Source: Dimorphilus gyrociliatus
Taxonomy: Eukaryota; Animalia; Annelida
Assembly (NCBI GenBank): GCA_904063045.1
Contig: CAJFCJ010000006.1
Span: forward strand, 1,912,946-1,976,945
Reading direction: 5' to 3'
DNA length: 64,000 bases
A program made the translations under genes and the position numbers. Shown in pieces: positions 24,533 through 37,598 of this stretch. Numbering within the stretch: the stretch's first letter is position 1; each line of letters opens with the position of its first letter. The notes beneath the pieces were generated by a model, which saw only the letters and a list, made by a program, of their open reading frames with translations, did not search any database and had not been told where the DNA came from.

Positions 24533-27500
24533 TCACCAAACTGAACATTTTTTCACAGGATTCATGGGAGAACCAACGGGGCAGTTGTAAGCCTTCGAAA
24601 ATTCTTTCGAATTTGATAATGAACCTTTAACCCTATATTTTATTTTAAAAAAAAATACATTAAATTTATGATATTCATTTATTATATAAATCAAACCTTA
24701 TTGGTCCCGGGCTGTGTACGCCATTTGTAGTTTTCTGATAGGCCTCCTCTCGTCTCATTATTCCGCACCAGATTTGAGCGAAATTGAGAAAGAAGAGCTG
24801 GTCATGACTGAGATTTATACCGGGCAAAAGTGCTTCCGGCCCATGCTTCTTTTCCCATTTCTTATAGGCCTGTGTTTTTTTTAATAGACAAAGAAATACT
24901 TTACTTATACGCATTCAGATAATATTTAAACAATTTAGGATCGTTTCACGACCATCTTAGAAACATATTGCAAACTTTTATTACTTGATTGTAAGTTTTA
25001 AAATAAAGAAACCATTAGGTTATTTAGATTGCGAGAGTATGTTTTCTTTCAAAAAAAAAAGAAAGAAAACTATATAGTTTAAATTAAGAGATTTGTTAAG
25101 AAGTTTTAAAGCAAGATTAACAATTATTATACTCTTTTATATATATATAATCTAGCCACCTTATTCCTAATGGTTTCCTTTTTTATACGCATCAAAATCT
25201 CTAAAATAATTGTCCCGTTTTTACGTATAAACGTAAATTTTTTATATGTAAATACACTTAAGATAAAAGGGGTTAAAATATAGGACAGGAATTGCTTGTA
25301 AAATGTTTTTTATCTAATGTTATTACACACTTTGGATAGAGCTAAAATGTATTGCTAACCCGAAATGATTCCTTCAATCCTCCATTATCGGCAATATTCT
25401 CTCCTTGAGTGAGTTTTCCATTAATTGAAAAGTTAAAAGGTTTTAACTCATATTGGCTATATTGATCGATCATACACTGAGCCCTATCCCGAAACGCTTT
25501 TACAGTACTATTTTTCCACCATTGTTTTAGATTACCGTTTTTATCATATTGACGTCCTTTGTCGTCGAATCCATGAGTTATCTCATGGCCAATAACAACG
25601 CCTATACCACCGTAATTAAGAGACCTGAATGTTGAAAGAGAATCAAGTTAGTCAATTATTCCCTGATGAATCGGTCCGAAATACTAACTTTGGAAAGTTT
25701 TTACTGTAAAAGATAGGTTGAAGTATTCCTGCTGGGAAGAGTATATCGTTCGTATTCGGGTTATAATAAGCATTTACTTGAGCAGGTATATGAGCCCAGC
25801 TGAACATGAAGAAAAAAACTTAAAGTATCATTCTTAATCTCTAAGTTAATCCCTTTATTATGCTTATAATATAAATATATTTATCTGATAATAAAACTAC
25901 TATTATAACCATAATGGGATTAGCAAAAAAAGAGAACGTTTAGTGAAAGGAAATGCTTACAAGTCACTATCGACGGGTTTTCTCAACTTCCGGTATGTTT
26001 CGTAAGAGTTAAATTCCTCGACGTTAAGCACGTTTTGAAAGTAGTCGTTCTCACTGACAACAATTCTAGAATAAAATTCATCGAGTTTTGTACTATTCAG
26101 AATAAAATCGGGATAGCCTATTCTCTCTTTCATAGCATTTGCTTTTTCCTCAGCTACCTTCTTCGTTTCTTCGTCCATCCAGTCATTTTCTTCTAAAATT
26201 TCATTAAAAGCCTCTCGAATATCACTGATCATTTCACTTACCGACTCTTTACTTTCTTTTTTGAAATTTTCTTTAACAAACATTCGACCGACGGCTAAGC
26301 CGAGTTTGTCATTAATATAGCCAACGCACTTTTGCCAGCGGACGACATCTCTCTTTATTCCCATAGCTAAACGTTTATAAGTTAAACGAGCATCTTGGTA
26401 CTTCTTAGGCAAATCAGGTATAAAACGCAGCAATGTTCGCCAGATTAGGTAATTTGCTATTGTTCGCTTTGAGGTATTTTGCAAGAGGTCGCCGAATTTC
26501 ACAAAATATTTGGTTGCCATTGAGACCACTGGTTCACTTTCATCGATCTTCACTAAGAGAAAACCATTAAAGTATTCCAACCAATTAAACTGAGGTACGA
26601 CTTTTTGTAGTTCTTCAACCGTTTTCTTATCGTACATTTGACTTGTATCAATACGATCATCTTTTGGTATGGTTATCTACGGAATGGTTATACGATTTGA
26701 AAATGGGAAAGATACTATAAACTTTTCTTTTTTACCTCTGCTAATCGCTTTTCGAATTTGATTACATCATTCATTTCTCTTCTAGCTTTCTCAGGAGTCG
26801 CCCCCATAAGAATGGCTATTTCGATCATGTATCTGTGGTAAGCTTCAAAGACTTTTCTTTTCTCCGAATAGTACTCTATCCCAGGCATACCAAGATCGCC
26901 CTGGTCGATTTGTAAAATATACATCGAGGAATTCTTGTCATCTGGTCCGACTTCGGATCGAATGAGAATCTTTTGACGATGACTTTTTCGAAGTTTAGTT
27001 AACACCGTTTCTAACTTCCACTTGTCTTCATGCCAATTGGGATCAACAACAGGCCAACCTCCCATCGATTTTAAGAACTTCTCAAGTACTCTAACGCCTT
27101 CTTGTTCGATTCGAGCTGTAGGGTAAAGCAAATATTTTCCTCGTAAAAGGCGAAGGACGAAGGAATTAACGCTTAAATCGCCGAAGGACAAAGGGAAAAA
27201 ATATTAGGGGATGAAATAAGGGAAGGTTTATTCTGGCTTGAAAGAGAAACGTCCTTACTCGTATTAATGCAGGATCTGTACAAGGTCTTCGCCTTCACAA
27301 CAGCTGTACTGTCAACAGGCCAAATTGGCTGCTGTAAGAGACGTCTGAGTTTCAGTTGCAATTCATCATACTGCTTTTCAAACGTGTTAAATGTTGACTT
27401 GTCATCAGGAATCACGTGTTTTTGGTTCCATGAACCGCAGGCGAACTGGAAAAAATCCTTACAAGGATCAACCATTGGATCCATGGCGTCTAAAAGCAAA

Positions 27501-28269
27501 GTTGCGGTCCTCACACAATTTTCCGTCAAGCATTCTCGGCTGGCGGCTAAAACATAGTAAAGAAGCGTTGTTAAAGGCTACTCAAAAGATTATTCTCTGA
27601 TATATTTAATCATAATTAATTGTAAACAAGATTAAAGTTGAATTGATAAAATATCGGACAAGATGAAGATAACATCCGAAATACACATACAATCTCATAG
27701 AGGGACTGAAAAAATTAACACATCTCTAAAACATACATATTAGTATATACTGTATATATATATATATATTTATATGTACATCCGTACACAGGGAATTTGA
27801 TATATTATCACTCTATATGCTATTAATACATTAACACTGACCAATTAGTATGTTTGTAAAAATCGGAAGTTTTTAGAACAAAGGTCGCTTAATTGCTGTC
27901 CATATGTTTATTGCTCTTAAGATAAGAAAAATTTTTGTCTTTTCACTTATCAGTTCTATTTTTATATTTCAAAGTATTTAATTTATCCTAATTATTCTTT
28001 TGTACTTAAAGTGAAATGTACGCGTTAGGTTTTCCTTATTTAAAAAAATCATTAAATAAAGAAAATTAGTTCTATAAATATGTGCACCTAATGTTAAAAG
28101 GGTCACCAAAAATTTTAATAAATCGACAAAGATGAGTGAAAGATATAGAGGAAAACTGTAGAGAACGGAAGAGGAAAGATAAAAAATGATTTGCAAAAGA
28201 ATATATTATATACAAGTTAAACGAGAGTGAAAGTGAGCGCGAGAGAAAGAGAGGCCGAGCGGGAGAGCT

Positions 28270-28300
<31 letters not shown>

Positions 28301-29350
28301 AATATGCTGATAACAAGAAAAGAAAGAAATACTCGACAAAGGAATTAATTCTATATATATTGTTTTTTTTGTGTTGAGATTGTAAATATAACAACATTAA
28401 TATTTGTAACGTAATGAATAAACTATATCAGCACCAACATAGTATTATCAGGCGACATACTGGTTTTAAAAAGCATTATGATGTTCTAATCTCTGAGATG
28501 TGTAAACTTTAAAATCATATTAAAATCATATATATATATATGTATATATATTAGTGAATATGCTTACACAGTGTATACTATATAAATATATATAAATATA
28601 TATCATACGGATAATTTTTATATATGATATATTATATAAATATATCTATTTATTGGATATAATCAACTAGATGATATAATGACCAGAATTTGGTTTGCCG
28701 AAAACCAATGGTCTGAAACGTCAGATATTTTATTATTCTAGCAACATATTATATATACGGAAAATTCCTATATACATATTAGTTGCTCTTCTTTACTAAT
28801 CTCTCCCCTATTTCCCTCATGTCTCCCGAGTGTTTTTTTGCATAAAATTAACTTAATCTACTTGTTTTTTTTTATGCCATGATTTTCTTCACTTTCTCTT
28901 GTTTTTCTTCCTCTATTTCTTTTTATTTATTTGACAAAAAGTTTCTATTTGATTTTCATGCGTATTTGATTACTTATAGCATTTGTGTAAGGGAAAAAAA
29001 TAACAAGACTTTTTTTTATAATCTATTCATTACCTATCAAAATCGTAGTTACGACCTTATTATATATGCTTACATTTACTAGAATATAAACTTTCTATAG
29101 TAAAAGCTACGGACTCTACCGTACATATGCAGTATATATATACTGTATAGATATATAAATGTAAGTTTATTATATATTCTATGTGCATACGATGCATATA
29201 GAAATTTTATAGATATATATGCACCATATATTTCTATTTACACACACATATATTTATATATTTATATATGTACTCCATCTTACATAATTGAATATATACG
29301 TACACGTATAGATTAAGTTATGTATATAGCAATGATATTTGTAATTATAG

Positions 29351-29381
<31 letters not shown>

Positions 29382-29607
29382 GTATAAATGGTTTGGCAAT
29401 TGATAAGATAATTAACTTACGCGTCCGGCGCAAAAAGGCGATAATCCCGAAAGCGATTGAGGTAGCTAAGAGTAGTATGCAGATTAGGAGCAGATAAATA
29501 TTGAATGTTTGCCTTCGTTGGCCTCTAGCCGACTCTGGATTGTAAACGACCGTCAAATTTTCTTTTTCGCTCCTCAGCTCGCCGTTCTTCTCCTCCTTTC
29601 CACTCAT
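24533..29607 (-). CDS. Neprilysin / endothelin-converting enzyme-like M13 metallopeptidase, type II membrane protein
   Basis: Exon 1 29607-29421 carries the TM anchor. Later exons contain CLTENCV...[19 protein letters not shown]...[18 protein letters not shown] (HExxH), [14 protein letters not shown] and terminal CSVW*. Confidence 0.95.
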
Positions 29608-30177
29608 GTCATGACTCTTCACCCAAAACACGCCAACCGAAAAGAGAAATCTAGGGGCGTTCCTTTCGACGTCACCAACGCTAGTGGCGTTGCCGCACAG
29701 AAGAGAGTGAGAGAAAAGTAAGTGGTGGAGTGAGAGAATGAGAGAGAAATGTAGAGAAATAGGGAGAGAGAGACAGAGAAGACAACTCTTCAGCGGCAAA
29801 TGGGAACTGCGCCAAGAATTATTCGCACACGGCGCCGCGTATTGAACGAATTTTGAAATTTTTTTCAATAAGAGCGATAAATAAACGATCAAAGGCCTTT
29901 TACTTTACCTAATTATCTATCGCTTGGAGATTATTTTTATAAGCCTATATTAATGACTACGAAAAATGTTTATCTAAGAAAATGGAACAGTTTATTATAC
30001 ACTGTTATATATATATACATATATATATATTTATGTATATAAAATTTATATACTTTGTCTGAATATACTGCTTAGTAGATATTATAATATGGCAAAAATA
30101 TGATGTAACACCTATACTTTATAGTGTAATCATAAAATATAAAAGAGATATCTTAATATATATCTATTTTAACACAT

Positions 30178-30208
<31 letters not shown>

Positions 30209-33200
30209 AATTATATACATGGCTAACCAACCATCAAGATTTTGTCGCCCCGTTTATTTTGTTTTTACTTAGTCTATTTCTAATTACGAGCAACGCCATC
30301 TGCAGACCTAATCAAAAAGTGGCTCGAGGGACCCTCTAATATTTTCAGCTATTGTCGTGATACGAATACTAACTTTTCGAATTATTTGTTCCATATTGAA
30401 GTAATCAGTTCTACCTCTGAAACGATTTACTGATATTAGTTTCTTTATTTTAAGACGTTGATTCTCTTCTAAACGTATTTACTTAACGAAATACGCGTCT
30501 TGTGTACTTGATTGTATTCAGGAATCTTTTTTGACATTCGGCCTAGTTTTGTTTTACAAATTTCCTATCAAACTACTTCAATTTGATTTCGGAGAAATTT
30601 TTACCGCTTCGTGATTTGTTTTATAATTAAGAAAAGAAAAGAAAACAACTAACTGCAACGAAACTCGCCATTCTCTTTTCTCTTGTGAGCATCACTTCAT
30701 TACTATATGATATACAGTACACGTAAAAATAAAACGTAGATATGAATGGCTATGTTTTTCTTTTATGTAGCTATTCGCATTAACCTATTTTTTCCTCTTA
30801 GAATGAAGGTTAAGTATATTTTACTTGTCTTTATTGAAAATTATCAAATAATTGACATGTTATACTACAGAAGGTCTAAATTCAAGGATTTATAGTAGAA
30901 GAAAAACAGCAATTTATAATAATAAAATTCTTTTATTACGTATTGTATCTAAAAACTTTTCAACTTGTAATAAATGATGATGAAATTCTATCGTCTCTTG
31001 CATTGATATTCTTTGAAATTTAGATCAATGGCACATTAACTAGACTATCATCTCTCATTCGTTAAATAAATATAACCTTGATTAATTCTTAACTATCAAA
31101 ATATTAAAGAATTTTTTCTCTTTTTAAAAAATAAACAAAACTAAAGAGAAAAAAACATTCATGAGTTCTTTTAAGAAAACGAAGAAGAAGATAATAGTGG
31201 TGATAATAATGACGACTAAAGTGACGAAGAAAACACGATGCACTACATATTTAAATAAAAATAGCCAACTTTTTTTAAAGATATAAATAAGAAAAAAAAA
31301 TCATTATTCTTGTTAAATGTCTACACACTTCAAAATAGCATCAGCTGGTATCAAGTGCAGTTTTCTCCAATGAATAAAAAACATGAAAACTAACTTTTTT
31401 TTCTTCCTTTCTTTAAAATATTCAAATTTTCTCTTTTTTTCTCCTTATTTTTATTAAGAATAAGTGAAGTAAAAGAGTAAAAGATGAAAAGCTTGATAGA
31501 AGAAAAGGTTAGAAAAAAAATGTCTTTTTTTGTCGCCTTTGTACCAGTTCATCGTCTTTTACATGCGATATTTATATATATATGTACACTGTATATAGTA
31601 TATAATATATATGTAAAAAATCATAATTACAGATGCAATACATGCTTTATTGATATTATACAATGAAAATAAAAGAAGAAAACATGTTTTTTCTTACTTA
31701 GAATACGAAATATAATATTTTTAGATTATAAAAATAAAAAAAGGGCGGAATATAAGATGACTCTTTCTTTCTCTCTCTGTACAAAATTCTCATTTTTCTA
31801 AGGGAATCAGATACGTTTTATTAGATATTAAATGGAATTTTTTACATTATTAGTGATTATTAGTTTAATAATGCTTTCAATTCTGCATACGGTATGTTTA
31901 TTTGAATGTTCCAAGTGATATGGAATAATTAAACTTTTTTTGCCAAGTTTTTTTTATCGCTAGTAGTTGTGATAATATTGGAAAATAGTCGATGAGGTCA
32001 CGTCACCCTTTTAGACCATCTGGCACCGGTTTCCCTTACATATTGCGGAAAGTAAACACATCTGTATAAACTTTTTTAATAAATGTATAAAAAAAACAGG
32101 TAGAGCTCCATCTATCGGCAATTCAACGTTAAGTTTAATAAAGCCCCCCATCTGCTGGACGATAAAAGTGCCAAGGAAAAAAATTAATCGTCTTGAATTT
32201 CACGGTCGTTCGCTCCGTTCAATATACTTTGTATGAAGAAATAAGGCGGTTTATTGGTAAGGGCGCAAAAGGGCAGGAAGCCATAAATGACACACTTTTT
32301 AAACAAGATAAAAAGGAACAAAACTTTAGACATAAACAACTCATCGCTTTCGAATTAAAACTATTTCCCTTCCTTACGTAGAGTTTGCATAGGCTATTAT
32401 TATTCATAAAAACAACAAACGCGTGCAACAATATCGAACCGCAGCTTATTTTTTTATACTTTGAATAAGAAAAAGGTAAAGAGAGAGAGAGAAAGAGAAA
32501 GAAAGAGTGCATACGATAACGATTAAAGGAAGAAGAATAGCATCGGCATTACTCAACCGCATAGAGAAAGAATGAAGAAAAAGATGGAATTTATATAGAG
32601 TATAATAGGTTTTCGATATATACATGTCGAACTTCTTTACTTCACTTACATTCGACTATTTGTTGAGTAAATACGTATCAAATTGAATAAAAAGAGACAA
32701 CTTTTTCTTTTTTCTAAAATTTTCTCACTTGTTCGACGATACCAGTATACTATCAGTAAGCCTCCTTTAAAAACTTTCTCTCAACTCCCCTCTTTCTCAC
32801 TTTACTCCTAAATACTCTTTAAGTATCAAAGGTTACAGACAATAGTTTCTATATTTAGCCCTTTATCGCTATTAATTAAATAACATATAATTCCAGTCAG
32901 CTAATTTTTTTTACGGCTATACTATAAATTATAGACCTATTTTAGCCCCATTTTATTCCAAATGGCTATGCGATGTCACCGACAAATAGCATATTTTTAT
33001 AGCGGATTGTTAAAATTGCGAATAAATCATCCATATTTGTGTTTTATTGTTTATTAATAACAAAATTTATTCATAAAACCTTTATACTTCAAAAAAATGA
33101 ATCAATTATTGGACAGAGAAAGAGAGAGGTGAAGAGAGACTGAAGGAGGAGAAAAAAGACAGAGAAAAGAGTGTTATATCTATTTATATAAGATAAAAAA

Positions 33201-34611
33201 AATATAGATTCAACTATCTTGACTGTTATAACTCTTACTAAAGCTTATTTAAATTATATTTATATATATATACTGTACATATATAAGAACTTGTAAAATA
33301 AAAAAGCTATATAAGAGGCCTAAAGGTAAATCCAATTGAAAATATACAGTATGAGTTGTAAACAGCAAGGAAAAAATAACAAATCCGTGTGACAAAGTAT
33401 GAAAAATGACACAATACATATTATTTATGAATCATATCTGTAATTTTCTCTGACTGATTCCTTTTCAAGAAGAATAAACGAACTATTTTTATATTAATTA
33501 TTAATTTATCATGTTTTTAAAACAACTATGTTAAAATAATTGATATTTATATTTAATTAAATGCATATGCATATATACAGTATATATATATATATTAAAT
33601 ATTCACTATACATGTATATATTTATAAATATACATTTCATTATTCTATTGTCTATTTGCTACAAAGTTAACAACTTTGAGGGAGGGTGGGAGGGGGGGAA
33701 GGGGGGAAAAAGACAGAGGGAAAGAAAGAAGGAATAAAAGAGGAATGAAAAAGAAAAAGTGTTACTTTATATTCAATTAAACTTTATTTTATATTTTATT
33801 TTCTAAAAGTTTCTTTTGATACAAAAGATAAAACGATTTGGAAATAAAACTAAGAGATTTATCACGGTCCATTTAGAAAGGAATTTATACCTTATTAACC
33901 TCTGTGTAGCGTCTAAAACATTGCTTGTTGTCCCATAAAAGTTTAGACAACTATAGAACAAAGAAAACGTGTTTTTATTGCCTCCTTGAACTGTTTTTTT
34001 AATCGAAAAAAAAATTGATAAAAGTAGCCGAACGTTAGACGTTTATAGGCCTACAAGCTTAATTAAAAAAATTTTAAATCGAGTCTAGAATTACGTCGGA
34101 AGATCGAATTTCTGACTAATCCGCCGTACGAACGAATTGAACAGCTTGAACACGGTTTTTTTACGTTCCGTTCCGAAAATTTTTATGGAGGTTCTTTGTG
34201 CTTGAAAGAAGACAATAAAACGATAAATTCGTACGAGCCGGCCATTTCGGTCAATATTTGTATGCGGAAAGAATTGAAGAGAGAGATATATAAAATGAGA
34301 GCAATATATCGCCAAAGTGCTTGTTTCCAAGTGTTATTCGCCTGTTATATATTGTTCTATCTTTGAATGATTTATGTATATTCTATTCTATGCGTATATC
34401 AACTTGTTTAAATGTTGTTTTGCTTTTTCCTGTATTTCTTTTCTCTTTTTATCCCTATTCACTATAACCTCTTCTCAGTATTCTCATTTGCCTATAGACT
34501 AATGGCAAAAGGTCGATAGGCGGATAAGCTTTAAGCGGAGAGTTTGTCTTCTCTTTATACATTTTATATGTACCTAATCGATATTGACGATGCTTGAATC
34601 ATTAACCTAGG

Positions 34612-34622
34612 GCGCATGCGCA
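34612..34622. promoter_or_regulatory. NRF1/ewg-type motif in a CpG-rich promoter-like island
   Basis: GCGCATGCGCA. Related copies at 39587-39600, 40429-40440, 40551-40562 and 61283-61294. Confidence 0.55.
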
Positions 34623-35983
34623 ACCGAAAAATATTTGCCTTTTAGCGGACGCCGCTCGTAAATGGCTTTGTCGCCGGGGTGCGGAGAAAGCTGTTAGATT
34701 TTATGACTTTGAACGTGAAAAAAACGGGGTCAATTAATTCGAATTACGTTAGAAAATGTACGTGAGGAGGATTGTATATACACTATACGAACGTAAATAA
34801 AATAAATGGCCCTAATTTTTAAGTCTCCACCCTGTTCTTAAAAACTATTACAGAGACCGTTAATATTGTCGATATAGGCAGTAATCTTTGCCATTTATAG
34901 TCTGTTAATTGCCACTATCGTTTACAAGGGGAAACATTCTGTTTCATACTTATAAAAATTTTCTTTATTCCTTTATTTTCTTCTTTCATGCGTATCATTC
35001 ACCACATCTTTTTGTTTTTCACCATAAAAACTGGTATAATTATTGGCAAGTTCAATGTGATGCGATGAAAGAGAGTCAAGAGAAAGAGGATTGTAAAAAG
35101 AAAAACAAAACTTTACGTAAACATTCACTTAAATATGCGTGTGGTGAGAACAGTCGTGTAGGCCTTTACCTGAACGACGTTTATCTTCTGATAAACTCTC
35201 TTCTTGTTTATATAACAACAAAAGGCTGAGCTAGTATACATTGTGGTATAATTGAAAACATGCAGATTTTAGTTAAAACAGAAAATAGGACACACCTGGT
35301 GATATACCGATAGCTTTCATTCTTTTGTACTAAAAGTATAACAATTATGGAAAATAAGCTGAGCCTATTTGTCTTTATAAGTGTATACATATACATGCAC
35401 GCGTTACTGTTTAACACAAGTATAAGATAACTATCTATAGTAACAAGAAGCCATTGCTCTATTACATTAATCGAATATAATTCAAATAAAGAATGTAAAG
35501 GCGTATAGCTTTAATTACTTTATTTAGATAATAAAACGAATATGCTCTTTATAACGTACAAAAGGGCGACAGTGTTGTATGTGTATAGAAAAAAAAAATG
35601 TTGCGTAATAGCGTAACGAATGCTATAGCTATAAATTATATACAGAAATCCGACTACCCTGTCATTTTATCACGCGACAACCTCAAGTTCCTTATTTTTT
35701 TCTTTCACTTTTTTTTTTTTTTACCATTAAACGAAATAATTTCCCATCCCCTATACAGTGTAATTTTACCGTTATGAAATTATTATATAAAAACGGGTAG
35801 TTTTACCGGCTGTTTATGGTAAAATATACGGTTTTTTCTGCTTTTTTTTATGTGGAAATTCCAATGTTTATCACTGTATATTTTTCCATCTAACTTTCCA
35901 TTTTTGAAAGAGTTTAAGCAATAAAAAAAGCGGCAAAAAAAAAGAAGAAAGAATGTTCTTTATGTTCTTCTACGCCTGGGGTC

Positions 35984-36152
35984 CAAGCAGGGGGCGAAAG
36001 ATTTACGATGTACATGTTTAATATACATTCACATAGGCCTAAGGGGCATTCGACTCCTAGACTAAAGGGGATTAACTATTCGCCTCCGTAAATCGATATT
36101 ATTCACTCGATATTGTTCAAAAGAACTCCACGGCGATGGCGCCCCCTAGCGA
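35984..36152. promoter_or_regulatory. Convergent pair of CTCF-like motifs upstream of the ephrin-like gene
   Basis: CAAGCAGGGGGCG (+, 35984-35996) and GCGCCCCCTAGCGA (-, 36139-36152). A KLF/SP box CCACGCCC lies near 36333. Confidence 0.55.
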
Positions 36153-36416
36153 CGAACGTGCTTACGCTTTAGCAGAAGCTAAGTTAAAAGGCAGTTGGAC
36201 GAGTCGGCTATATTCGCCATTGTTTTTGTGTATACTGACGGCTCAATTCTAAGCTCTTTATTTTATTGTCTACATGACCGTGCACTAATCGAGATATAAA
36301 AATAAAAATCGGAAAGAAGGGAAGATACTAAACCACGCCCCTGTTCATTGGAAATTTGATCTGGAAATCGTGATGACGCTACGTTACTGTTCTTTTCGAC
36401 AGCGTTCGAAAAGAAG

Positions 36417-37598
36417 ATGATTTCGTTCTACAGTCGATTATTAATAATACTACTATTCAATTTTTTAACTAATTTGCAAGCTGACAAATCGAAGACGATT
36501 AGGATCCTTATGTCGGCCGAAGATGACAGGTATAAGATTTCATAGACAAATGTAAATATATTTTTTTGTTTACACAATCTCGAATTGAACAGGTTCGAAA
36601 CGAATGAACCGAGATTACTAGTTCGACACGGTGATTCTCTAGAATTTATTTGTCCAGAGAATACAAACGTTTCATTAAGATATTCAACAACTAAAGGACT
36701 TTATTCTTGTCCTACCAATCTCGATTCTCCAATATTGGTTGATTGTTCTCCTGATATGAAAGCAAAATCATATTTATTCGCTGTTCAAGGATCAGTATCA
36801 TCAAATCCTTTCCAAGATCCTATAAAATGTTGGGATAGTGTATATTTCACTATGGGCACCAAAACGGAAACTTGTATTAAACGCAATCTCAAATTAAATG
36901 TCACCGTTGACTGTAGTACAGCAACAACTGCATACACAACAAAGGAAACAACTTCTTGGACAGTGACTAATACTCAGGAATCTCAAGGTGCTACCGAGAC
37001 ATTAAGTACGGCTTCTTCATCTGTGACAATCGTTCCTACAACAATCTCCAGTGGCTTCCCCTTAGACCGGGGCAAATCGAACGGTACTAGTGGATTATCG
37101 GATAAATCTGTATTGTATATAGCAATTGGTGTTAGCTCTTCTTGTTTGATTATCCTTATTGTAATCTCATCGGTTGTCTGCTTAGTCAGACGACGGAGAA
37201 GAGAGTCGAGAAAGCCTACTTCCGGCAAGACGTCATCCGACTATTCATCGTCGACGGATAATAGCCGATTTGGCCACTTGTCGCGGCCTGACTTTCCTGA
37301 GAGGTTGGGCAATGAACCTATCCCCAGGGAACGTTCGTATTCAAGTGTCAGTCTAGATCTTGAACAACACAGGAGTTCCACCTCGCTTTCCTCCTTACCA
37401 GACTCTACAAAATCGGTTAGTAGGGGAGCAAGCAGTCGACCTTTGCCCCCAACTCCTGTAGATGGCGCCACATTCAGATCAGTGGCGTCTAGTGAACACC
37501 AATATGAAGAAATACCTGATTGGAATAAAGGAATGGTACATAAACAGTTCAACCAAAGAAATTTTCCAACGGCCCTTAGTCATTCCATAGTCGTCTGA
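36417..37598 (+). CDS. Divergent ephrin-B-like type I membrane protein, ~372 aa, 2 exons
   Basis: Exon 36417-36529 gives signal peptide MISFYSRLLIILLFNFLTNLQA. Intron 36530-36592. Exon 36593-37598 reads RF...LLVRHGDSLEFICP (cf. ephrin KF..LVLYPQIGDKLDIICP), LVDCSP, CIKRNLKLNV, then a Thr/Ser stalk, TM AIGVSSSCLIILIVISSVVCLV-RRRRR and a cytoplasmic tail. Confidence 0.72.

Noticed and set aside
27116-27258. GC-richer 143-nt neprilysin intron with repeated TCCTTCG as a possible snoRNA or mirtron
   Set aside because: I could not find C/D or H/ACA boxes or a stable long stem.
12322-29607. Six consecutive minus-strand genes as a possible operon
   Set aside because: Several have their own promoter motifs (ETS, YY1/E2F, NRF1-like), and I see no evidence for trans-splicing. 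Six co-oriented genes can arise by chance.
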